From Methanocaldococcus sp. 28A (GTDB lineage Archaea; AGJL01; Methanococci; Methanococcales; Methanocaldococcaceae), in the NCBI GenBank assembly GCA_049852185.1, contig CP187540.1: a stretch of DNA of 64,000 nt; one strand, 5' to 3'. Of this stretch, positions 9,824-20,095 are shown piece after piece. Numbering within the stretch: position 1 is the stretch's first letter; the number at the start of each line of letters is the position of its first letter. Both the position numbers and the translations under genes were made by a program. The notes under the pieces are model-generated. The model saw only the letters and a program-made list of their open reading frames with translations, was not told the origin of the DNA and did no database searches.

Positions 9824-12118
9824 TTATTCCTTCTCGAGGTATGAATTTCTTATGTAGTTCAATATTACTTTCTGCTCAGTTCTTGCCACTACTCTTCTTA
9901 TTGTTTCTACAGCATCAATGTTTGCTGACACACTATCTATTCCCCACTCAACCAACTTCTCAACTATGTGTGGTCTGCTTCCTGCTTGCCCACAAATTGA
10001 TGTTTTTATACCATGTTTTTTGCAAGTTTTAATTACATGCTCAACCAATTTTAACACTGCTGGGTGGTCTTCTTTGTAATACTTTGAAACCAATTCGTTG
10101 TTTCTATCTATTGCTATTGTGTATTGAGTTAAATCATTAGTTCCTAAGCTAACAAAGTTTATTCCTTCTTTTATAAAGTCTTCAATGATTAACGCTGCAG
10201 CAGGAGTTTCAACCATAATACCAAATGGAATATCCTTTCCTAACTCTAAACCAATTTCTCTTGCAATTTCTTTAACCTTTCTAACTTCATCTGGATGGGT
10301 TACAAGAGGAACCATTATTTCTATATTTTTGTATCCTTCTTCTCTTAATCTTTTAATTGCCTTTAACTCACATTTTAAGATATCAACTTCATCTAAACCT
10401 CTCCTAATTCCTCTCCAACCTAACATTGGGTTGTGTTCTATTGGCTCATTTTCTCCTCCTTCTAATCCCCTAAATTCATCTGTTGGAGCATCTAATGTTC
10501 TATAAGTTACAGGTCTTGGATAGAAGGCATCTGCTACCTTTCTAATTCCTTCCATTAACGCCTCTATTAATGCCTCTTCTCCCTCTTCTTCTAAAATTTT
10601 CCTTGGATGTTTGCCCAATCCTAATATCATGTGCTCTGCTCTCAATAAACCAACTCCATCAGCCCCTGTCGCTGCAGCTCTTTCAGCCACTTCTGGCATA
10701 CTGACATTAACTTTAACCTCTGTAGCTGTAATAATTGGAGCTTGCTGCTGTATAACAACCTCTGGCTTTTTCTCTTCAATTTTTTTAATCTCTCCTTCAT
10801 ATACAATTCCTTTCTCTCCATCAACTGTAACAACCATACCATCTTTTAAAATCTCTGTTGCCTTTTTTGTTCCTACAACACAGGGTGTTCCGAGCTCTCT
10901 TGAAACAATTGCCGCGTGACAGGTCAATCCTCCCTCATCTGTTATTATAGCCGCTGCTTTTTTCATTGCTGGAACCATATCAGGAGTAGTCATTTGTGTA
11001 ACTAAGATATCTCCTTCTTTAACTTTGTCTATCTCGCTAACGTCTTTAATTATTTTAACAGTTCCAGTGGCAATGCCTGGAGAAGCTCCAATACCCTTTA
11101 ATAATATTTTTGCTTCAATTTCCTCTTCTTTTACTTTTTTCTCTTTTTTACCTTTCTTCAATGTGGTTATAGGTCTTGCTTGAAGCATGTAGAATTTACC
11201 TTTTTCATAAGCCCATTCAACATCCATAGGTTTTCCATAGTGTTTTTCTATATTTATCCCAACTTTTGCAAGTTCTTTAATCTCATCATCCGTTAAAACT
11301 TGCTTTTCCTTCATATCATCAGGAACTTCTACAACTTTTGTCTCTCCCCTCTCATCTTTAACAAACATTGTCTCCTTTCTTGCTATATGTTTATCAACAA
11401 TCTCTAATGTTTTTTTATTAACTATATATGTGTCTGGAGAAACAGAACCGCTAACAACTCCCTCTCCTAATCCCCAAGCAGCTTCAATAACTAACTCATC
11501 ATAATTTTCAGTTATGGGATTAACTGTAAACATAACCCCTGCCTTTTCAGCATTAACCAACTTCTGAACAACAGCTGCTAAGGCAACTTTAAAGTGGTCA
11601 AATCCTTTTTCTTCCCTATAGAAAATAGCCCTTGGAGTAAATAAAGATGAGAAACATTTTTGAACATATTTAACTACATTTTCAGCTCCTTTAACATTTA
11701 AATAGGTATCCTGCTGTCCAGCAAAACTTGCTTCAGGCAAATCTTCAGCAGTTGCAGAACTTCTAACAGCTACTGTTACTTCCTCTTCATTACACATCTC
11801 TGATAATTTGTTATATGCCTCAATGATAGCCAATCTCAAATCTTCTGGCATCTCTGCCTCTTCAATTAATTTTCTAATTTTTTTTGAAGCCTCTATTAAA
11901 GCATCTGTATCGTTAATATCCAAACCGCTTAAAATTTCTTTTATTTTATCCATTAGACCAGTATCTTTTATAAAATATCTATAAGCATCGGCAGTAACAA
12001 CAAATGCAGGTGGAACTGGCAATCCAGCGTTCCACATCTCACCTAATGAAGCTCCTTTACCTCCAGCAATATTAACATCTTTATTTGATAATTCATCCAA
12101 CCATGCAATCAGTTTCAT
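9824..12118 (-). CDS. ppsA: Phosphoenolpyruvate synthase (intein-free)
   Basis: GGKGASLGE, VRSSATAEDLP, GGLTCHAAIVSRELG. Confidence 0.96.
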   Translation of the reverse strand: MKLIAWLDELSNKDVNIAGGKGASLGEMWNAGLPVPPAFVVTADAYRYFIKDTGLMDKIKEILSGLDINDTDALIEASKKIRKLIEEAEMPEDLRLAIIEAYNKLSEMCNEEEVTVAVRSSATAEDLPEASFAGQQDTYLNVKGAENVVKYVQKCFSSLFTPRAIFYREEKGFDHFKVALAAVVQKLVNAEKAGVMFTVNPITENYDELVIEAAWGLGEGVVSGSVSPDTYIVNKKTLEIVDKHIARKETMFVKDERGETKVVEVPDDMKEKQVLTDDEIKELAKVGINIEKHYGKPMDVEWAYEKGKFYMLQARPITTLKKGKKEKKVKEEEIEAKILLKGIGASPGIATGTVKIIKDVSEIDKVKEGDILVTQMTTPDMVPAMKKAAAIITDEGGLTCHAAIVSRELGTPCVVGTKKATEILKDGMVVTVDGEKGIVYEGEIKKIEEKKPEVVIQQQAPIITATEVKVNVSMPEVAERAAATGADGVGLLRAEHMILGLGKHPRKILEEEGEEALIEALMEGIRKVADAFYPRPVTYRTLDAPTDEFRGLEGGENEPIEHNPMLGWRGIRRGLDEVDILKCELKAIKRLREEGYKNIEIMVPLVTHPDEVRKVKEIAREIGLELGKDIPFGIMVETPAAALIIEDFIKEGINFVSLGTNDLTQYTIAIDRNNELVSKYYKEDHPAVLKLVEHVIKTCKKHGIKTSICGQAGSRPHIVEKLVEWGIDSVSANIDAVETIRRVVARTEQKVILNYIRNSYLEKE

Positions 12119-12246
12119 TGTTATCCCCTTTTATGTTTTAGACAATTATTAATAGTATATTGAAGATTATATAAACTTTTATGTTTACATAGATTTAAAT
12201 ATATGGATAAATTTGTTAATGATAAAATAGCAATAGAGCTTGAAGA

Positions 12247-12299
12247 TATAGTTTTGTGCAAAAGGATTTAAAACTTAGTTTATTTTGTACAAAACTATA
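12247..12299. repeat. MITE family A, internally deleted copy
   Basis: TATAGTTTTGTGCAAAA / TTTTGTACAAAACTATA. Confidence 0.7.
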
Positions 12300-12333
12300 A
12301 TTATTTAAAAATAGAAAAAATGAATTAAGGTTT

Positions 12334-12858
12334 TTACTGCTTAATTAATTCTTTTCCTTGCTCAATGACTATTCTACATGGAATAGGCAGTTTCATTGCT
12401 GCTCTTCTTAAAGCCTCTTTAGCATCTTGGAATTTGTCAGGGTTAACCCATACTGTTAAGATTGCTTGTCCTTCTTTAACTCTCGCTGCTGTTCCAATTG
12501 GTTTTCCAAATGCTAATCTCATACCATCTGAAATTCTATCTGCCCCAGCTCCTGTAGCCATTTTGTGCTCTCTCAATATTTGGTGTGGATAAACTCTAAT
12601 TTGGAATTTATATCCTAATCTTCCGCATTTTTTTGTTAAATATTTGTTTGCAGCAACTCTTGCAGCTTCTAATGCATTGTGTCTTATTTGAATTGGTTTT
12701 GTAGCAACTAAATTAACTTTAACTGGGAATTCAGCTGATAAGTTGCCCATAATGTAGTGAACTACTTTTGGTTGTGGAACTCCTTTAACATACTCTTTTC
12801 TTGTGTATGGTGGCTTATCAACATCCCTATAGCATCTGTTTGGTCTTAAAGAAGCCAT
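12334..12858 (-). CDS. rpl10e: 50S ribosomal protein uL16 (L10e)
   Basis: [31 protein letters not shown]. Confidence 0.96.
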   Translation of the reverse strand: MASLRPNRCYRDVDKPPYTRKEYVKGVPQPKVVHYIMGNLSAEFPVKVNLVATKPIQIRHNALEAARVAANKYLTKKCGRLGYKFQIRVYPHQILREHKMATGAGADRISDGMRLAFGKPIGTAARVKEGQAILTVWVNPDKFQDAKEALRRAAMKLPIPCRIVIEQGKELIKQ

Positions 12859-12991
12859 TATCATCACCTATTTTTTGTATCTGTTTCGTATAGATAAAGA
12901 TAAGATTTTAGTGTTTGTAGTTCCTAATATATATAAAATTTATCATTCTTGCATATTCCTAACTTACTATTTAAAGCTTACTGTTATTTTT

Positions 12992-13086
12992 ATAGAACTT
13001 TTGCAGGGATATAATAATTTCGTATGAAAAATTAATGTTAATAGAGCATCTAAATTCAGAGAATATACAAACTGCAAAAGTTTTAC
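12992..13086. repeat. MITE family B, degenerate
   Basis: ATAGAACTTTTGCAG / CTGCAAAAGTTTTAC. Confidence 0.7.
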
Positions 13087-13090
13087 ATTA

Positions 13091-13780
13091 TTACTCTAAA
13101 AAAATGAACTTTATAATCTGCTTAGCAACTTCTAAGATTTTCTTTGTAGTTATGTAAGAAATTGCCTCATCATGATACTCAACACTCACATATTCTTCAA
13201 CAATCTTAGCTCCTTTTTTTGCTAATTGCAAAGCAATAAAATGTTCTACTGCATAACCTTCTCCAAATTTTATATCTTTCAAGAACTCTGCCTTTATTAT
13301 CCTAAATCCACACTGAACATCTCTAAAGAAATAAAACCTTTTTGAATATACAAACACAGCCAACGATGTTAAAATTGAAGCAAGGAAATTAGAAACTTGC
13401 CTATGCAATGGAATATGCTTATATTTTCTAACACCAAAAACAGCATCTGCATTAGTGTCTTTTAATTTTTTTAATAATTTTGGAATGTCCATAGGCTTAT
13501 GCTGATAATCTCCATCAATATATACAATATATTTGTATTTATCTAAAGACAAAGCAAATCTTGTTCCTTTTTCTATTGCTTTTGCTTTACCTTGATTTTT
13601 TTCATTTTTTATTAAATAAACATTAATCTTAGAATTTTTTGCAAATTCTTCAACTACTTTTGAAGTGTTATCTTTAGAGCCATCATCAACTACTACAGCA
13701 TCAACACTCAACTTTTCCAAATCTCTTAAAACCTTTAAAATATTTCTCTCTTCATTGAATGCTGGAATTATCGCAATCAT
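13091..13780 (-). CDS. GT2 family glycosyltransferase
   Basis: IIPAFNEE, VVDDGSKD, IDGDYQH, DVQCGFR. Confidence 0.9.
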   Translation of the reverse strand: MIAIIPAFNEERNILKVLRDLEKLSVDAVVVDDGSKDNTSKVVEEFAKNSKINVYLIKNEKNQGKAKAIEKGTRFALSLDKYKYIVYIDGDYQHKPMDIPKLLKKLKDTNADAVFGVRKYKHIPLHRQVSNFLASILTSLAVFVYSKRFYFFRDVQCGFRIIKAEFLKDIKFGEGYAVEHFIALQLAKKGAKIVEEYVSVEYHDEAISYITTKKILEVAKQIIKFIFLE

Positions 13781-13805
13781 AAGCTATCACAATAAGAGTC
13801 TATGT

Positions 13806-13871
13806 ATAGAACTTTTGTAGGGAATAAACATTAAAAGGCTCTTCAGGCATCTAAATTTTCAAAAGTCCTAT
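13806..13871. repeat. MITE family B, short copy
   Basis: ATAGAACTTTTG / CAAAAGTCCTAT. Confidence 0.65.
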
Positions 13872-13943
13872 ATAGTAAATTTAAAGTTAAAAACCATAAA
13901 AAAGTAACGTAAATTAAAAAATTTTGCTAAAATAGAATAATAT

Positions 13944-14681
13944 TTAGAGTTTAATTAAATACATTGCAATAAATCCAAATATTACCCCTAAAATTAATCC
14001 AAAAATCCCATAAATTAACCAACTACCATTATTTGTAGATTGTACATTTTCTGTTGATGTTTCATTATTGGTATAGTTTGTTGTATATAATTTTGATGAC
14101 CCATTATTTATTGTTTGAGTTGAATTTTTTATATTATTGTTAGATATATTTGTTTTATTTGAGCTAATATTAATATTTTTTATTGATATATTGGATACAA
14201 TTTTTTTATTTATTATATTATTTTTGGAAATATTTCCAGAAATATTTTTTAGAATTGTTATATTATAATTTATTTCTTCTGATATATTTTCAATTACATT
14301 TTTAGATGTAATCTTAAACAGTGGTAATATTGTAATATTGAATAAAAACTTTCTTTTTACTGTTATCCCATTTACAAAATATTCCATCTGAATTTTAATT
14401 GTATGGTTTCCAGATTTTATAGCTTTACCTTCAAAGATATGCAATATTTTAGCATCTTCAACAACTCCCGCATAGTATAATGTTGAGTTATTAAATTCTA
14501 CAGCATCTGAAGAAACCGTAACATTAAAATCTTCAACAGTATATGGTGCTCTCCATTGAAATATAACATACACGGAATTATTGACTAGACATTTTTCTGG
14601 AGTTATTAAAATTTCTGGATTTGAAGCATAAATTGGTAAAATAAAAAATAATAATAAGAGAGAGATGATAATCTTTTTCAT
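13944..14681 (-). CDS. Secreted/membrane-anchored hypothetical protein with Asn/Ser/Thr-rich linker
   Basis: N-terminal signal peptide, many N-x-S/T sequons, C-terminal TM helix. Confidence 0.75.
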   Translation of the reverse strand: MKKIIISLLLLFFILPIYASNPEILITPEKCLVNNSVYVIFQWRAPYTVEDFNVTVSSDAVEFNNSTLYYAGVVEDAKILHIFEGKAIKSGNHTIKIQMEYFVNGITVKRKFLFNITILPLFKITSKNVIENISEEINYNITILKNISGNISKNNIINKKIVSNISIKNINISSNKTNISNNNIKNSTQTINNGSSKLYTTNYTNNETSTENVQSTNNGSWLIYGIFGLILGVIFGFIAMYLIKL

Positions 14682-14682
14682 C

Positions 14683-14862
14683 TTACCCCCCAATTTTCAA
14701 TTTTCTTAACCTTTCATTTAGTTTATCAACCTCCTCTTTTGTTAATCTTGTAGCTTTTTTAACTTCTTCTAATTCTTTTTGGAGAGTCATTACTTTAATA
14801 CCAAGTATTACGTTTAGAGCTAAGCTAATACCTACAATAATGTATAATATTATTATATCCAT
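14683..14862 (-). CDS. Small single-TM coiled-coil protein (59 aa, missing from the ORF track)
   Basis: [36 protein letters not shown]...LKIGG*; RBS GGAGG; packed between minD and the next gene. Confidence 0.75.
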   Translation of the reverse strand: MDIIILYIIVGISLALNVILGIKVMTLQKELEEVKKATRLTKEEVDKLNERLRKLKIGG

Positions 14863-14864
14863 AT

Positions 14865-15647
14865 TTATCTCCTCCCAAACAACCCCTTAATAAATTTAGA
14901 TATAAATGACTCTTTCTGTTTCTTAAGTTGTGCTTCATACTTAACACCACATAACTTAGCTGCAATTTCCATAATTGCTTGAGCGGCTGGAGAATCTGGA
15001 TACATGATAACAAGAGGAGTTCCAAATGCAGCTGCTTTTCTAACGTGAGGGTCTTCTGGAACAACACCTATAACAGGAACTTCTAATATGGTTTCTATTG
15101 CTTTAACTCCCAACTCTGTACTTTCATTAGAAACTCTATTGACAATAGCTCCAATAATCTCAGTACCTAATCTTTTTGTTAGAGCTATAATTTTTAGTGC
15201 ATCAGATATTGAAGAAATTTCTGGATTTACAACAACAATTAAACCATCTGCTGATGATATTGCTATCAATGTCTCTTTTCCAATACCTGCAGGACAGTCA
15301 ATAATTAAAATATCTACTAAATCATGTATTGCTTTTAAAACTTCTTCAAGTTTTTCTGGCTTAGCCCTTCTAAATTTTTCCAATGAAACTCCAGCAGGTA
15401 TAACTAAAACTCCTTCTGGCCCTTCATAGATTGCATCTTTTATATCTGCTTTGCCGGCCAATACATCATTCAAAGTTATTGGCTTTCCTTCTAACCCCAT
15501 AATAAGTTCTAAGTTTGCCATTGCTATGTCAGCATCTAAAACAGCTACTTTTTTTCCAAATTTTGCCAATGCTACAGCAAGATTTGCAGATATTGTTGTC
15601 TTTCCAGTCCCCCCTTTTCCAGAAGCTATTGCGATAGCTATTGCCAT
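14865..15647 (-). CDS. minD: MinD/ParA-family ATPase
   Basis: SGKGGTGKTT, DADIAMANL, IDCPAG. Confidence 0.9.
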   Translation of the reverse strand: MAIAIAIASGKGGTGKTTISANLAVALAKFGKKVAVLDADIAMANLELIMGLEGKPITLNDVLAGKADIKDAIYEGPEGVLVIPAGVSLEKFRRAKPEKLEEVLKAIHDLVDILIIDCPAGIGKETLIAISSADGLIVVVNPEISSISDALKIIALTKRLGTEIIGAIVNRVSNESTELGVKAIETILEVPVIGVVPEDPHVRKAAAFGTPLVIMYPDSPAAQAIMEIAAKLCGVKYEAQLKKQKESFISKFIKGLFGRR

Positions 15648-15725
15648 TAATGTCACCTTCAAAATATTTCCTCAAACAATTAATATGAATGGTAGGTAAT
15701 ATATAAAGATTTAGGTTTTTCTTCG

Positions 15726-16607
15726 TTATTTATGGCAAATTATATATTTAGTAATTACTCTCTCGTTTGTCCCTTTTATTTTCATATCTCCATTTTCAAT
15801 AACTACAATATCTCCATCTTTAAAGTTGCCTTCTATCTCCACAACCTTAAATATCTTTGGATTTGGGTCAATTTTATCAATAGCTATGTATTCGTCATAT
15901 AGATGAAGTTTTTTGTCTTTAATAATTCCAATTTCTCCATTTTTTACAATTTTATTAACTATAGTCATAACTTTTCCAAAATTAATAAGCTGTTTTTTTA
16001 AATTTTCTCTATATTTAAATAGGTTCTCAATATCTTTTTTAACTACCTCCTCAAAATTTTTCTCATATTTATTTACTTTGTAGATATCATACTCCTTACT
16101 TAGACTTGGATTCCATTTTAATTTTTCAAAAATATTCCTTATTGTAATTTCTATTTGTTCTAAAGGCATCATTGGGAATAATTTTGCAGTATTTTTTAAT
16201 TCTTCTTCAGCTTTCTTTTTTAAAAATCTATTTCCAAGAACTATAAGTCCAAAACCTTCCTTTATTGTTTGATTAGTAACCATGTCGTTTAGAATTTCCA
16301 CAATAGCACATTTTCCTTTTGTTGCATAAACTCTCCTTCTCTTTGCATCAATACCTAAGCTTCTAACTTCTCCAACTACTACCGAATCAGATATTTTTCT
16401 AACCTTTTCTCTACTGTCCTCAATTATAATCTTAATATTTAATTTTTCAGCTAATTTATAAAGCTCCTCTTCTGATTTTATTTCTCCATTATATAATTTT
16501 TCTTCTAAAATTTTTCTATTTTCTTCCTTACCTCTAAAAAACATCTGCCTTCTATCTCCTCCTATTACTGCTCCATTTTTACCATAATAGCAAATAATTA
16601 AGCTCAT
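15726..16607 (-). CDS. Connectase (MJ0548/DUF2121-like proteasome-fold protein ligase)
   Basis: N-terminal [20 protein letters not shown] (Ser1 nucleophile), [15 protein letters not shown]. Confidence 0.82.
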   Translation of the reverse strand: MSLIICYYGKNGAVIGGDRRQMFFRGKEENRKILEEKLYNGEIKSEEELYKLAEKLNIKIIIEDSREKVRKISDSVVVGEVRSLGIDAKRRRVYATKGKCAIVEILNDMVTNQTIKEGFGLIVLGNRFLKKKAEEELKNTAKLFPMMPLEQIEITIRNIFEKLKWNPSLSKEYDIYKVNKYEKNFEEVVKKDIENLFKYRENLKKQLINFGKVMTIVNKIVKNGEIGIIKDKKLHLYDEYIAIDKIDPNPKIFKVVEIEGNFKDGDIVVIENGDMKIKGTNERVITKYIICHK

Positions 16608-16726
16608 TCTATTTCACCTTAAACAATTATAAAACAATTATAAATAAGTATTATTAATATAGTTAATCTTATATATTAGTTATTAAATAGTAATATTTAT
16701 AGGTTCAAAAATAAATGGGGGGTATC

Positions 16727-17152
16727 ATGACAGAGATGGATAGGATTAGCATTTCCTTACCTTCAAAACTCTTAAAAGAGTTTGATGAAATAATTGCTGA
16801 AAGGGGATATGCAAGTAGAAGTGAAGCAATAAGAGATGCTATTAGGGATTATATAATAAAACACAAGTGGATACACAGCTTAGAAGGAGAAAGAGCAGGG
16901 AGTATAAGCGTAATCTACAATCATCACGCATCAGACGTTATGGAAAAGATTACTGAGATTCAGCATAATTATACAGATATTATTGTTGCTACTTTGCATT
17001 TACACTTAGACCACGACCACTGCTTAGAAACGATATTAGTTAAAGGGGATGCTAAGAAAATTAGAGAATTAACAGATAAATTAACAGCTTTAAAAGGAGT
17101 TAAACAAGTGAGATTAAGTGTTATGGTTCCAGGAGGTCATATTCCAGAATAA
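16727..17152 (+). CDS. nikR: Nickel-responsive regulator NikR
   Basis: RHH N-terminus (RISISLP, SRSEAIRDAIR), HLHLDHDHCLE. Confidence 0.95.
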   Translation: MTEMDRISISLPSKLLKEFDEIIAERGYASRSEAIRDAIRDYIIKHKWIHSLEGERAGSISVIYNHHASDVMEKITEIQHNYTDIIVATLHLHLDHDHCLETILVKGDAKKIRELTDKLTALKGVKQVRLSVMVPGGHIPE

Positions 17153-17189
17153 TTTTATTATTTTTTTATTTTATTACTGGAGTGATATT

Positions 17190-17480
17190 TGAATTATTTC
17201 AAGATGGGAATATAAATTGAAAGAGGAATTAAAGGATTTCAATTTTGATGATAAGATTGAAGTAATCTCAAATCTAATTAATAAACAACTAACTGCAAAA
17301 AATTTATTACAAATAACAAATTTAGGCCAAACTAAACTGTATCAAATCTAAACAAATTAGAAAATGAAGGAATTATAAAATTTATAGGTGGAAAGCTAAA
17401 ATTATATTATATCGACAATATACAATATAAAAGAAAGTTTACAAAAAACTCATGAAAGGATAGAACATGAAAATATGGTT
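17190..17480 (+). pseudogene. Degraded winged-HTH (TrmB-like) regulator relic
   Basis: Broken frames read LTAKNLLQITNLGQTKLYQI / NKLENEGIIK after a GGAGTGA RBS; limits approximate. Confidence 0.4.
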
Positions 17481-17515
17481 AAAAATATTAAAAGAGAAAA
17501 ATTATTGAGAATGCT

Positions 17516-17908
17516 CTAAAACAATCTCTTATTTACATAGGAAAATAAACTCTCTATATCTCTAATTCCACTATTTGTGTAAATAAATATTTCTTGCCTG
17601 ATTTTTGTATTCACTTTAATTCCTCTATGTCTAAACTCTTCTACTATTGCCTTAGCTAACATCCTGCCTCTTCTATCAAAGTCAGTTAGTAAAATAACCT
17701 CTTTAATCCCTTTTCTTACGAGTTCATCAGCTATTAAATAAACTGGTATCTTAGCTATTATAATAAAAGTTCCTTCAACACCTAATTTTTCTAAGCTTTC
17801 AACATCTCTTTTACCTTCAACAATAATTGGTTTCTCTTCTGCTTCAATTTTTAATTCTTCAATAACTTCTAACAATTTTTCAAAATATTCATCCCTCCTC
17901 ATATTCAT
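17516..17908 (-). CDS. Small TOPRIM domain protein
   Basis: IIVEGKRD and LTDFDRRG TOPRIM motifs. Confidence 0.9.
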   Translation of the reverse strand: MNMRRDEYFEKLLEVIEELKIEAEEKPIIVEGKRDVESLEKLGVEGTFIIIAKIPVYLIADELVRKGIKEVILLTDFDRRGRMLAKAIVEEFRHRGIKVNTKIRQEIFIYTNSGIRDIESLFSYVNKRLF

Positions 17909-17941
17909 CTTCCAAAAATTTTTATTATTTATTTTTAAAAA

Positions 17942-20026
17942 TTATAGCTTACCAACAATAGGCTCTAAAATAGATTTTTGCTCTTCTTTACAAATATTTT
18001 TCAAAATCTTCTTTATTAATTTTTTATCCTCTTCCTCTGCAGAACTATACATTGAAGCAAGTAAATACATATAATCCTCTAAAAGCTCAGGCTTTCTTTC
18101 ACTAACTTTGAGCGTTATCTTTAAGCAAGTTCTCCTTTTATCAGTATTTAATAAATCTCTAATATTATGTATGCTATTCGGATATTTAAATATAGCGTTT
18201 GCAATAACCTCTATCATTATTTTTTCTTCTCCCCTATAAGTTCCAATTTCGTTAATTAGTATTGGAATAACAAGCTTATTAGGATACTCTTTAAAAAACT
18301 CTAAAGCCATTAACCTTAATTTTTTTGTTTCATATATCATTTCAGCAATTTTTGGAATTAGTAAGTTTATTATTTCTTCATCTAAAAGATTTTCACTAAT
18401 AAATTTTTTAACTGCGTTGATAAAAGCTAATTTTGAATAATAACCAACAGCCATATTCATAATTTCTCCAATTTTATCTACTCTATTTAAAGAAGCATAG
18501 ATTATGATTTTGTTTGCATATAACAAATCAGTATCTTCTATAAATATATTTTCAATGACTTCTAAGATTTCTTTAGCTAAATCATCGTTTATTTTATTTT
18601 TATTATTACTTACAATTCCTGCTAAATGAACTATAAGTTCCCCATGTCTTCTAACATCCTCTAAAAACTCATGTATATTTATTAAATCTAAATTTTTAGC
18701 TCCTATTAACTCTATCGTTTTATAAAATTCATAACCGAGTTTTTCAGAAATTCTTAAACTACTATAGTGTATATCATATTTTAAACAAATCTCAGCAGTA
18801 ATTTCTTCTATTAATCTCATAGCTACTCTACACTTTCTTATTTCCTCTTCCATCATTAACATATGTCTAAATCCGCCCATATACTTCTCTTCATCTAATT
18901 TATAAATTAGCTCTTTTAATCTTTTATGCTCATTAATTAAAAACATTAAATATTCTCTCTTAGCAAATTCCTTTAATATTCTTAGAGATGAAATCTTTAA
19001 ACTCAAATTCATTTTTTTTGCGTACATCAACGCTTTATTTTCAATATAGTCTCTTAAATCATCATTATTTTGCGCTATTTTTTTAAGTTCTCTTATTGCA
19101 GATGTTTTTGCTTTTCCATATCCATAATTTAAAAATTTAAATAATAAATCAACTTTATTTTTTGAATCACTCTTTAAAGATATTAATTTAACACCAATAA
19201 ACTGATTTTCTTCATCTCCAGTATATAAAAACGCTCTTAAAAACTCTTTATCATAAAAATTAGAAGGGATTTTAATATTTTCTCTTAAAATTATATTTAA
19301 AGCAGTTTTTCCATGTGATTGTAATAGAGATTTTATATCTTCATTTGACAATTTTATTTGAATATTTAATTTCTCAAATAATTGTTTAAATTTTTTGTAT
19401 AGTTTTTTGCTTTCATCTCCTAACAAAGTTAGATTTAAACAACGCTTTAAGATATCTTTTTGTTTATCATCTAAGGAATCAACTATACTTAACAATATAT
19501 CTAAGACAAGCTCTTTCTCATACTTTTTTTGAGAATATAACTTATTAGCCAGGATTTTTAATATCTCGTCTGAATTATAATTATTATAATTTTTTAATAA
19601 AACATTTATTCCTTCATTTATATCTTTAGTTTTTGTATATTCAAGAATTGCCCTAAAAAATACATTATCATATTCCATATATTTTATAAATAGGTAAAGA
19701 ATCTTTTCATCCAAATGTTTTTTTGTAATTTCAATTATTGCCTCTTCAACATTCTCTTTATTACTTATCTTTTTTAATATTTCTTCAGCTTTTTTAGATA
19801 TAGATTTTTTTTCATTTAGAGCTGAGATTATATAAAATAAATATCTTTCAATAAGTTTGTTATTTAACCTTTTTAAAACTAATAAGGCCCTCCTAATATC
19901 ATCTTTTTCGTTGCTAATAAATAATTCATCTAAAAAACTTAAAATATCAGGATTATTATTAATTAACTTAGATAATTTGTCATACTTACCTTCTCTTAAA
20001 TATCCTAAAAACTCCTCCTTTTTCAT
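17942..20026 (-). CDS. Helical-repeat (HEAT/ARM-like) hypothetical protein
   Basis: 694-aa Leu/Ile/Lys-rich ORF with amphipathic helical periodicity. Confidence 0.65.
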   Translation of the reverse strand: MKKEEFLGYLREGKYDKLSKLINNNPDILSFLDELFISNEKDDIRRALLVLKRLNNKLIERYLFYIISALNEKKSISKKAEEILKKISNKENVEEAIIEITKKHLDEKILYLFIKYMEYDNVFFRAILEYTKTKDINEGINVLLKNYNNYNSDEILKILANKLYSQKKYEKELVLDILLSIVDSLDDKQKDILKRCLNLTLLGDESKKLYKKFKQLFEKLNIQIKLSNEDIKSLLQSHGKTALNIILRENIKIPSNFYDKEFLRAFLYTGDEENQFIGVKLISLKSDSKNKVDLLFKFLNYGYGKAKTSAIRELKKIAQNNDDLRDYIENKALMYAKKMNLSLKISSLRILKEFAKREYLMFLINEHKRLKELIYKLDEEKYMGGFRHMLMMEEEIRKCRVAMRLIEEITAEICLKYDIHYSSLRISEKLGYEFYKTIELIGAKNLDLINIHEFLEDVRRHGELIVHLAGIVSNNKNKINDDLAKEILEVIENIFIEDTDLLYANKIIIYASLNRVDKIGEIMNMAVGYYSKLAFINAVKKFISENLLDEEIINLLIPKIAEMIYETKKLRLMALEFFKEYPNKLVIPILINEIGTYRGEEKIMIEVIANAIFKYPNSIHNIRDLLNTDKRRTCLKITLKVSERKPELLEDYMYLLASMYSSAEEEDKKLIKKILKNICKEEQKSILEPIVGKL

Positions 20027-20095
20027 GTTATCACAAAATATTTTTTATTAATTATTTATTTAACTATAAAATAAAAAAACTTTTCTGGTGAAATT

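Noticed and set aside
9824-12118. Intein in ppsA (present in M. jannaschii)
   Set aside because: The site GGLTCHAAIV is uninterrupted; ordinary empty allele
15624-15647. AIAIAIA repeat at the MinD N-terminus as a contingency repeat
   Set aside because: Codons vary; ordinary beta-strand before the P-loop
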